DNA from: Bryobacteraceae bacterium
GTDB lineage: Bacteria > Acidobacteriota > Terriglobia > Bryobacterales > Bryobacteraceae
Reading direction: 5' to 3'
Assembly: GCA_023511855.1 (NCBI GenBank)
Contig: JAIMAR010000093.1
Span: 1 to 14,165 of the forward strand
DNA: 14,165 bases
The notes beneath the pieces are model-generated. The model had not been told where the DNA came from and did not search any database. It saw only the letters and a program-made list of their open reading frames with translations. Positions 7,805-14,165 of the stretch are shown here, piece after piece. How positions within the stretch are numbered: the first letter of the stretch is position 1; every line of letters begins with the position of its first letter. The translations under genes and the position numbers were made by a program.

Positions 7805-7894
7805 TTAGCGGCCGGTGCGCGGGGTCGAGGAAAGCATTGAGAGGAAAAGGGCCAGGACGATCAAGCCGCCGGCTGCCAGGGTGAGCAGAATCAT
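7805..7894 (-). CDS. Candidate 29-aa hydrophobic small membrane peptide (MILLTLAAGGLIVLALFLSMLSSTPRTGR)
   Basis: A minus-strand ATG at 7894 is preceded by AGGAGG (plus 7902-7907) with a 7-nt spacer. The product has a single predicted TM helix, a basic C-terminus and a TAA stop at 7805-7807. It is below the length cut-off of the supplied ORF track. Confidence 0.3.
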   Translation of the reverse strand: MILLTLAAGGLIVLALFLSMLSSTPRTGR

Positions 7895-7984
7895 GGGTGG
7901 CCCTCCTTTCACCGCTTGCAGTGCAATCCGCCTGCCATCCAGGGATGGCCAGTCTGCAAGTGCGGTTTGGGAATCCGATCGCGG

Positions 7985-8013
7985 TTGACAACGCTATGAG
8001 CGTTCGATATAGT
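7985..8013 (+). promoter_or_regulatory. Near-consensus sigma70 promoter for rpsA (TTGACA-17 nt-TATAGT), leaving a roughly 155-nt leader
   Basis: TTGACA at 7985-7990, an exact 17-nt spacer, then TATAGT at 8008-8013. The spacer contains the palindrome AACGCT-ATG-AGCGTT (7990-8004). Confidence 0.45.
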
Positions 8014-8175
8014 TCTTAACGTACTTATCTGCCAACGGCTTGTCGGTGGAAGCTCGCGCACCCGAAGGATCGGTTTTCACGGCGGGGAAGTGTCGCCGCA
8101 AAGGATGGTTTTGTCCGGGCATCGGTGTGACGCAGCGGATCTGCCGGCCGTTGGGAGCGTTTTTCCGATGGAGAG

Positions 8176-9912
8176 ATGGCCATGGCCGGCAACTCGGATG
8201 AGGCACGGAAGGATATGACCGCTCCTTCCGAAGTAAGCGACTACGAGCAACTCATAGACGATTACAGTCACTTCGCTCCGCCGGCCGAAGGCGAGGTCAT
8301 CGAGGGGCGCGTCCTCAAGGTCACGCCGACGGAAGTGATCGTGGACTTTGGGTTCAAGTCCGAGGGACTCGTTCCCATCGAGCAAGTCCGCGAACCGGAC
8401 GGCAGCGTAAACGTCAAACCAGGGGACACGCTGGATGTGGTGGTGGACCACCGCCAGCAGGAGATCGATGGTTACGTACTGTTGTCCCACGAGAGGGCGA
8501 GACGGATCCGGGCTTGGGACACGCTTGAGAAGGCCTACCGGGAACACCTTCTGGTCAACGCGCGGGTCTTAGGCCGCATCAAGGGCGGGCTGGCAGTGGA
8601 CGTAGGCGTGAGGGCGTTCATGCCGGGCTCTCATGCCGATGTCCGGCCCGTACATAACCTGGATTCGCTCATCGGGCACGATCTGCCGGTCAGGATCGTG
8701 AAACTCAACCGACGCCGGGGCAACGTGGTGGTGTCCCACAGATTAGCGGTAGAGGAGGAACAGGCCGCGCGGAGGGCGGCGATTCTGGCCGCGTTAGAGG
8801 AAGGCGCGCTGGTGACAGGGGTGGTGAAGAGTCTCGCCGACTATGGCGCTTTCGTGGACCTGGGCGGGATCGACGGCCTGCTGCACGTCAGTGATATCTC
8901 CTACGGGAGGGTGACGCATCCCTCTGAGGTTTTGCATGTCGGCGATGAGATCACGGTCAAGGTTCTGAAGTTCGACCGGGAGAAGGGCCGCATTTCTTTG
9001 GGCCTTAAGCAGGCGCTGCCGGACCCGTGGGAGCATGCCGCCGAGCGCTACCCGGTTAACCACCGGGTGATCGGGCGGGTGGTCAGCATCACCGATTATG
9101 GCGCCTTTGTGGAGCTTGAGCCGGGCGTCGAAGGACTCATTCACGTCTCGGAGATGACCTGGTCGCGGCGGTTGAAGCATCCCTCCAAGGTGGTCAAAGT
9201 GGGCGACCAAGTGGAAGCCGTGGTGCTGGGCGTGCAGCCCAAAGAGCGGCGCATCTCGCTGGGCATCAAGCAGCTGGAACCGGATCCCTGGACGACGGTG
9301 GAGTCGCGCTACAGCGTGGGTTCGGTGGTGGAGGGCCGGGTGCGGAAGCTGACTGATTTTGGGGCCTTCGTGGAGATCGAGGAGGGCATCGACGGTCTGG
9401 TTCACGTGTCGGATTTGTCCTGGACCAAGCGCATCAAGAATCCTTCGGAAGTGCTCAAGAAGGGGCAGGTTGTTCAGGCGGTCATTTTGAATATCGACGC
9501 TGCGGCCCGGCGGCTGTCTTTGGGCATCAAGCAGCTTCAGCCGGACGCTTGGGAGACCTTTTTCCGCTCGCACGTGGTGGGCGACATTGTGCGAGGGAAA
9601 GTATGCCGGGCGGCCGCGTTCGGGGTGTTTGTGGAGCTGGCGCCCGGGGTGGAAGCCCTGTGCCATAATTCGGAGATACCCGGGGCTGCGGACCGGCGGC
9701 GCGACCAGCCGGCCTTGCCGCTCGGCGAAGAGTTTGACTTCAAGATCATCCGGCTTAATGAAGCCGAGAAGAAGATTGGTCTGAGTTTGCAGGCCGTCAG
9801 CGAGGATGAGGAACGCAGCCGCTTGGAGGACTATCAGCGCCAGGCAGCCGCGGCTACACTCACCATTGAGGAAGTAATGAACCTGAAGGGTCAGGGCGAA
9901 ACCCGCTCTTAA
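8176..9912 (+). CDS. rpsA: 30S ribosomal protein S1 (six S1 domains)
   Basis: The 578-aa product contains repeated S1-domain signatures (GxV.....GAFV.L..G..GL.H.S......), for example LADYGAFVDLGGIDGLLHVSDIS and ITDYGAFVELEPGVEGLIHVSEMTW, colinear with E. coli RpsA. The start could be ATG 8176 or ATG 8182 (GGAGAG sits 6 nt upstream of the latter). Confidence 0.95.
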   Translation: MAMAGNSDEARKDMTAPSEVSDYEQLIDDYSHFAPPAEGEVIEGRVLKVTPTEVIVDFGFKSEGLVPIEQVREPDGSVNVKPGDTLDVVVDHRQQEIDGYVLLSHERARRIRAWDTLEKAYREHLLVNARVLGRIKGGLAVDVGVRAFMPGSHADVRPVHNLDSLIGHDLPVRIVKLNRRRGNVVVSHRLAVEEEQAARRAAILAALEEGALVTGVVKSLADYGAFVDLGGIDGLLHVSDISYGRVTHPSEVLHVGDEITVKVLKFDREKGRISLGLKQALPDPWEHAAERYPVNHRVIGRVVSITDYGAFVELEPGVEGLIHVSEMTWSRRLKHPSKVVKVGDQVEAVVLGVQPKERRISLGIKQLEPDPWTTVESRYSVGSVVEGRVRKLTDFGAFVEIEEGIDGLVHVSDLSWTKRIKNPSEVLKKGQVVQAVILNIDAAARRLSLGIKQLQPDAWETFFRSHVVGDIVRGKVCRAAAFGVFVELAPGVEALCHNSEIPGAADRRRDQPALPLGEEFDFKIIRLNEAEKKIGLSLQAVSEDEERSRLEDYQRQAAAATLTIEEVMNLKGQGETRS

Positions 9913-9958
9913 GATTCGCCTCAAAGAACTGCTCAAATTCTCGAAGGAGACGAACGGA

Positions 9959-10288
9959 ATGACCAAGGCGGATTTAATCGACGAAGTCTCGCGGCTGGTG
10001 GATCTGACGCGGAAAGAATCGGAGGTCATCGTGGAGGTGATCTTCGACAGCATCGTGAAGTCTCTACGCGGCGGCGACAAGATCGAGATCCGTGGCTTCG
10101 GGAGCTTCCGCACCCGGGAGCGGCAAGCCCGCATCGGTCGCAACCCGAAGACCGGTGAGCGCGTGGAGGTTCCGCCCAAACGGATCCCGTATTTCAAGCC
10201 CAGCAAGGAACTCAAGGATCTGGTGAATGCTGAGGCGCCGGCCGCCGCAGCCGCGGACCCTGGTCAAGCGCCGCCGGCCTCGGCCTAG
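9959..10288 (+). CDS. ihfB: Integration host factor beta subunit / HU-family DNA-binding protein
   Basis: The 109-aa product (MTKADLIDEV...IEIRGFGSF...GRNPKTGERVEV...YFKPSKELKD) matches the IHF-beta pattern. The rpsA-ihfB linkage is conserved. The RBS is GAAGGAGA, and the tail is Ala/Pro-rich. Confidence 0.85.
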   Translation: MTKADLIDEVSRLVDLTRKESEVIVEVIFDSIVKSLRGGDKIEIRGFGSFRTRERQARIGRNPKTGERVEVPPKRIPYFKPSKELKDLVNAEAPAAAAADPGQAPPASA

Positions 10289-10311
10289 AACGAGTCCGCC
10301 GCGAGACCCGT

Positions 10312-10800
10312 ATGGACCGGCTCTGGAGCCCGTGGCGTTATACGTACGTAAGTGAGGCCAACTCATCGCAAGGCTGCATTTTTTGCCTCAAGCCGGCTGA
10401 AAATCAGGACGACCGGAACTTCATCGTGCACCGGGCGCGCTTGAACTACGTTCTTCTCAACTTGTACCCGTACACCACGGGGCACCTGATGATTGCGCCG
10501 TATGCGCACGTCCCGACCTTGGAGGAGACTCCGGAAGAGACGCTGGGGGAGATGATTCTCCTGGCGCGGGAAGCGGAGCGAGCGCTCCGGGGGGTCTACC
10601 GGCCGGCGGGTTTCAACCTGGGGATGAACATTGGCGAGTGCGCCGGAGCGGGCGTCGCCGGGCACATCCATTTGCACGTGGTGCCGCGCTGGCCCGCCGA
10701 TTCCAACTTCATGACCACGGTCGGGGAGACCCGCGTGCTTCCGGAGCGGCTGGAGGACACCTACGCGAAGCTGCTGAAAGAGTTCTCCCGCGCGAGGTGA
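10312..10800 (+). CDS. HIT (histidine triad) family nucleotide hydrolase/transferase (GalT/Ap4A-phosphorylase-like branch)
   Basis: The 162-aa product has N-terminal LWSPWRYTYV and CIFC, then NLYPYTTGHLMIAPYAHV, and the histidine triad GHIHLHVVPRW. Confidence 0.75.
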   Translation: MDRLWSPWRYTYVSEANSSQGCIFCLKPAENQDDRNFIVHRARLNYVLLNLYPYTTGHLMIAPYAHVPTLEETPEETLGEMILLAREAERALRGVYRPAGFNLGMNIGECAGAGVAGHIHLHVVPRWPADSNFMTTVGETRVLPERLEDTYAKLLKEFSRAR

Positions 10801-10840
10801 GCTTCTTCGGCGCGGTTCAGGCGGTGCAGTCCACCTGCGG

Positions 10841-11257
10841 TTACGGGGATGCAGCGGGGCGGGTTGGGATCTTTGAATTACGGTAGGCTACGGCGCCCAC
10901 GGCGCCGGCGGCGGCGAAGTTGATAATGGCTGCCGGCTTATCCAGCTTTTCTTCCGGCATGCGCTTGCGGAGAATGTATTGGAGCAGGATCATCCCGCCG
11001 GTTCCGGCGGACTTAATCAAAACCACACGCTGAGCACTGAGACCTCCCTGAGCATTTCGCAACAGGGGGTTGCTTTCGCCGCGTCCAAGCGAATAGCCTG
11101 CATCGGCGATGTTGGCCGCCGCCACGGCAGTTACCGATACGGCCCACAACTTTTTCCAAACTTTCCGCTCTTGCGCGGACGATGGTTGTGCGCCGGCAGT
11201 CAAGGCCAGGCAGGCCGCAAGAGTTTGCGCCGCCAGTCGGCGATTCTTGTTGTACAT
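10841..11257 (-). CDS. Small exported hypothetical protein (138 aa) with signal peptide / possible lipobox (LAAC)
   Basis: An internal ATG at 11257 on the minus strand is preceded by AGGGAG (6-nt spacer). The product starts MYNKNRRLAAQTLAACLALTAGAQP..., with a second hydrophobic segment (WAVSVTAVAAANIA) and a C-terminal hydrophobic stretch. The 83 codons upstream in the caller's 221-aa ORF are Pro/Ser/Arg/Cys-rich, atypical composition for a protein. I recognise no family. Confidence 0.5.
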   Translation of the reverse strand: MYNKNRRLAAQTLAACLALTAGAQPSSAQERKVWKKLWAVSVTAVAAANIADAGYSLGRGESNPLLRNAQGGLSAQRVVLIKSAGTGGMILLQYILRKRMPEEKLDKPAAIINFAAAGAVGAVAYRNSKIPTRPAASP

Positions 11258-11434
11258 GAGCCGCTCCCTGAGCAACTCATCGGGCTGCGGTGGGGCCCGG
11301 CAGGGCGAGCATAGGGCTGCGAATACCCTAAACAAGACCAGAGAATTGGCTGAGGAACGAGCGAAAACGATGGGACTAGTACCGGCGGGGCAGTTGCAGG
11401 TTGGCCAGAAAGCGCTCACCAGCGGTTCAAATGA

Positions 11435-11466
11435 TTGTGCTCGACCGGGGCCGGAACCGCTATAAT
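11435..11466 (+). promoter_or_regulatory. Candidate -10 (TATAAT 11461-11466) for the yceD-rpmF-plsX operon
   Basis: A perfect TATAAT lies 38 nt upstream of the yceD ATG. The -35 is poor (TTGTGC with a 20-nt spacer). GGGAGG is the RBS at 11494-11499. Confidence 0.25.
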
Positions 11467-11504
11467 GGTTCTTTGGCCTGGGGCCAGCGCGCTGGGAGGT
11501 CCGC

Positions 11505-12023
11505 ATGTTCCTGAATCGAAGGGAAATGGAACTCCGGAAGGTCCGCTTTGAGGAGACCTTCCAGCCTGGAGAGATTGAATTTTTCGATCAAAAGCTCTGG
11601 CAGGCGGGTCCGCTGAGCACCGCAGGGTCCGCGGAATTGCTGCCCAACACCAACGGCGAAATTCGCGTTCGCGGGAGCTTGGAAGTGCTGATGGAGTGCG
11701 AGTGCGACCGTTGCCTGGAGGTGGCGCAATTCCCTTTGAAGCTGAGCTTTGACCTGTTCTACGAGCCCGTGGAAGAAGGGCCGGCGGATGCGGAGGTAGC
11801 GCTGGAGGCCGAGGACAGCACGATCGATTTTTACCAGGGCGAAGGGCTGGTCCTGGAGGATGTCCTCAGGGAGCAGGTGCTGCTGGCATTGCCGATGCGG
11901 CGCATCTGCCGGGAAGACTGCAAGGGCATCTGTCCGGTGTGCGGTCAAAACCGGAACCGTGGGGATTGCGGTTGCAAGCCGGTGATCTTGGATGACCGCT
12001 GGGCGGCCCTGCGCGAGCTTTAG
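11505..12023 (+). CDS. yceD: YceD/DUF177 family protein (large-subunit rRNA accumulation protein)
   Basis: The 172-aa acidic protein has the C-terminal Cys cluster [23 protein letters not shown]. It sits immediately upstream of rpmF-plsX, the conserved yceD-rpmF-plsX arrangement. Confidence 0.85.
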   Translation: MFLNRREMELRKVRFEETFQPGEIEFFDQKLWQAGPLSTAGSAELLPNTNGEIRVRGSLEVLMECECDRCLEVAQFPLKLSFDLFYEPVEEGPADAEVALEAEDSTIDFYQGEGLVLEDVLREQVLLALPMRRICREDCKGICPVCGQNRNRGDCGCKPVILDDRWAALREL

Positions 12024-12072
12024 CCGCCGAGGCCTTCGAGGCCGGCGGTATTCTACGAAGGAAACGGAAACT

Positions 12073-12255
12073 ATGCCGAACCCAAAACGAAGACACTCGA
12101 ACCGGCGCACCGCCAACCGGCGCGCTCATGACCACTTGCGCCAGCCGGGCCTGTCCGAGTGCCCCAACTGTCACGAACCCAAACTGCCTCACCGCGCTTG
12201 CCCCCATTGCGGGATGTATAAGGGCCGGGAGGTGATCGAAGTGGCCGAAGCATAG
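12073..12255 (+). CDS. rpmF: 50S ribosomal protein L32 (bL32)
   Basis: [22 protein letters not shown]...[25 protein letters not shown]. The start is the internal ATG 12073 with a GAAGGAAACGGAAACT RBS; the caller's 87-aa ORF from 11992 is an N-terminal over-extension. Confidence 0.9.
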   Translation: MPNPKRRHSNRRTANRRAHDHLRQPGLSECPNCHEPKLPHRACPHCGMYKGREVIEVAEA

Positions 12256-12286
12256 AGGGGCAGTTCCAAGGGCATACACTCCTGCC

Positions 12287-13318
12287 ATGGTCACAATCGC
12301 AGTGGACGCGATGGGCGGCGATCATGCGCCTCGCAACGAGGTGGAGGGCGCTGTGCGGGCTGCCCGCACCTTTGGGATTCGGGTCATTCTGGTGGGCAGG
12401 GAAGAGGAACTCCGCGAGGAGCTGCGGCGTCACGACGGTGCCTCGCGGCTTCCCATTGAGGTCGTCCACGCCAGCGAGCGTGTCACCATGGAAGACAGCG
12501 CCGCCAAGGCCGTGCGCGGCAAGCGCGACAGCTCCATCCGCGTGGCATGCCGCCTGGTGCGCGACGGGCAGGCGGCGGGCTTGGTCTCAGCGGGAAACAC
12601 CGGCGCGGTGATGGCTACCGCCAAGCTGGTGCAGGGAATGCTGCCCGGCGTGGATCGTCCCGCGCTGGCTTCGGCCTTCCCCACCATGAGCGGCCGGCCC
12701 GCGGTGATGGTGGACGTCGGGGCTAACGTGGATTGCACCGAGCGCATGCTCGGCCAGTTCGCTGTTATGGGTGACATCTACGCCCGCGTCATTCTCCAAA
12801 TCGAAAACCCGCGCGTGGGTTTGCTGTCGATCGGAGAAGAGGAGCACAAAGGCAATGAGCTCACCCGCCGCGCCTACGCCTTGCTAAAAACCTTACCACT
12901 CAACTTCATCGGCAACGTGGAGGGGCGGGACGTCTACAGCGGCAACACCGACGTGCTGGTCTGTGACGGCTTCATCGGCAATGTGGCGCTAAAGGTGAGC
13001 GAGGGACTGGTGGACGTCATCCGCCACATGCTCCAGCAGTCTTTGGAGGCGACGCTGGCCGGAAAGCTGGGCTACGTGCTTTCGCGCCGCGCCTTCGCGG
13101 ACTTCAAAAAGAGGTTGGACTATTCCGAGTATGGCGGCGCCCCCTTGCTGGGCGTGCGGGGGGTTTGCATCATTTGCCACGGCCGCTCCAACGCCAATGC
13201 CATTAAGAACGCCATCCGGGTGGCGGCGCAGTTTTCGAGCGGCCGCATCAACCAGCGGATCGAAGAAGAACTGCACCGCTGGTCCAGCCTGGGGCTTGCG
13301 GCCGCACAAGCGGACTGA
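12287..13318 (+). CDS. plsX: Phosphate acyltransferase PlsX
   Basis: The 343-aa product begins [16 protein letters not shown], then ...[10 protein letters not shown]..., and continues with an otherwise PlsX-colinear sequence. Confidence 0.95.
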   Translation: MVTIAVDAMGGDHAPRNEVEGAVRAARTFGIRVILVGREEELREELRRHDGASRLPIEVVHASERVTMEDSAAKAVRGKRDSSIRVACRLVRDGQAAGLVSAGNTGAVMATAKLVQGMLPGVDRPALASAFPTMSGRPAVMVDVGANVDCTERMLGQFAVMGDIYARVILQIENPRVGLLSIGEEEHKGNELTRRAYALLKTLPLNFIGNVEGRDVYSGNTDVLVCDGFIGNVALKVSEGLVDVIRHMLQQSLEATLAGKLGYVLSRRAFADFKKRLDYSEYGGAPLLGVRGVCIICHGRSNANAIKNAIRVAAQFSSGRINQRIEEELHRWSSLGLAAAQAD

Positions 13319-13325
13319 TTGAGGG

Positions 13326-14165
13326 ATGCAACATCGAATTCGCTTCGCTGCTCTAGTTCTACTCGCCGTGTCTTTGCCGTTGACGGCCCAACGGCTGGAC
13401 CCGGTGAAATGGTCGCTGTCGCTCGAAACGTCCAAGGCGCCCCCCGGAGGCGAAGTGCTGGGGCGCTTCACCGCCCAAATCGACCCCGGCTGGCACCTCT
13501 ATTCTCTTTCCACGCCGAAAGGTCCCATCCCCACCACCATCACGTTGGCGGAGAACCCCGCGATCGAATCTTGGCGCGTGTATCAGCCGGCGCCCAAGGT
13601 CAAGTTCGATCCGAATTTTGGCCACGACACGGAGACCTTCGACCAGCAGGCCGTTTTTCTCGTGGTTCTGAAAGTTTCGCCGGCGGTTTCCCCAGGGTTG
13701 GTCGAGGTCACCCTCCAGTCCCGCTATCAGGCCTGCGACGACCGGCAATGTCTGCTGCCGGTGCGGCGCTCGGCCACTGCTCAATTGGTGATCGATCCGG
13801 CCGCGGCCCCGGCGTCGATCACGATTCCGGCCGGCTATCAACTCTTTGACCCGAATGCCCCGGCCGTTGCGCCATTCGGAGCCCAGCCTGCGCCCAACGC
13901 CACTGTGCCCGCCGCCGGCGCCGGACTTCAAGGTCTGGGCGCTTTCGTGCTAATCGCGTTCGGCTTCGGCCTGGCCGCCGTTTTCACCCCCTGCGTGTTC
14001 CCGATGATTCCCATCACCGTTTCTTACTTTCTGAGACAGGAATCCGGATCGCGCGGCCGCGCCGCCTTCCAGGCGCTGGTGTTTTCACTGGGAATCGTGG
14101 TATTGTTCTCGTCGCTGGGCCTGATCGTCACGGCGATCCTGGGGCCGTTCGGGACGGTTCAACTC
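13326..14165 (+). CDS. dsbD: Thiol:disulfide interchange protein DsbD (signal peptide, alpha domain and start of the CcdA-like TM domain; 3' end outside the window)
   Basis: My own translation from ATG 13326 gives MQHRIRFAALVLLAVSLPLTAQ (signal peptide). A periplasmic domain with YQACDDRQC follows (the DsbD-alpha Cys pair), then a TM domain with FTPCVFPMIPITVSYF (CcdA/DsbD-beta Cys motif). The ORF runs to the window end, and the caller's frame (13319..13849) is a different, spurious frame. Confidence 0.85.
   Translation, partial: MQHRIRFAALVLLAVSLPLTAQRLDPVKWSLSLETSKAPPGGEVLGRFTAQIDPGWHLYSLSTPKGPIPTTITLAENPAIESWRVYQPAPKVKFDPNFGHDTETFDQQAVFLVVLKVSPAVSPGLVEVTLQSRYQACDDRQCLLPVRRSATAQLVIDPAAAPASITIPAGYQLFDPNAPAVAPFGAQPAPNATVPAAGAGLQGLGAFVLIAFGFGLAAVFTPCVFPMIPITVSYFLRQESGSRGRAAFQALVFSLGIVVLFSSLGLIVTAILGPFGTVQL

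Noticed and set aside
8794-10215. 473-aa minus-strand ORF antisense to rpsA/ihfB
   Set aside because: Antisense of two unmistakable conserved genes; low-complexity product.
11258-11506. N-terminal 83 codons of the caller's 221-aa minus-strand ORF
   Set aside because: Pro/Ser/Cys/Arg-rich with no protein-like character; an internal SD plus ATG at 11257 gives a clean signal peptide.
11992-12072. N-terminal extension of the rpmF ORF (MTAGRP...)
   Set aside because: It overlaps the yceD C-terminus in another frame, and bL32 universally starts at MP.NPKRR; a good SD precedes ATG 12073.
13319-13931. Caller ORFs 13319..13849 (+) and 13359..13931 (-)
   Set aside because: Wrong frame or strand; the +3 frame from ATG 13326 gives an unmistakable DsbD alpha domain plus TM domain continuing to the window end.
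1-14165. CRISPR arrays, IS/transposon ends, tRNA/rRNA/tmRNA/RNase P/SRP RNA
   Set aside because: No direct-repeat arrays, no terminal inverted repeats or transposase-like ORFs, and no tRNA-like T-arm or GGTTCGAATCC-type signatures. The intergenic regions were scanned by eye only.

Overview
This is a high-GC (about 65%) bacterial chromosomal segment, mostly housekeeping genes. Alternative-frame ORFs overlap the real genes on both strands throughout, which is the usual high-GC artefact. The gene mix is reminiscent of Acidobacteria-like soil bacteria, but that cannot be verified here.

Genes in order:
- A partial upstream ORF (5' end outside the window) that ends in a GTGA overlap with the next gene.
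- A 692-aa protein with an N-terminal membrane anchor and canonical SPFH/band-7 (stomatin-like) domain, followed by an unrecognised C-terminal region of about 400 aa.
- A TerC-family membrane protein.
- A YmdB-like metallophosphoesterase.
- truA and pyrE, convergent on the minus strand.
- An orphan TolC-family outer-membrane factor.
- A roughly 490-nt intergenic region holding a strongly SD-led 29-codon hydrophobic mini-ORF (minus strand) and a near-consensus promoter for rpsA.
- rpsA then ihfB (the conserved pair), then a HIT-family hydrolase.
- A small signal-peptide or lipobox-bearing hypothetical protein on the minus strand.
- yceD, rpmF and plsX (the conserved cluster), followed by dsbD (3'-truncated) rather than fab genes.

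No rRNA, tRNA, CRISPR array, IS element or large repeat was detected.

The most unusual element is the SPFH fusion protein with its long unrecognised C-terminal domain and internal arginine/lysine-rich segment. The possible NfeD-like partner immediately upstream adds to this.
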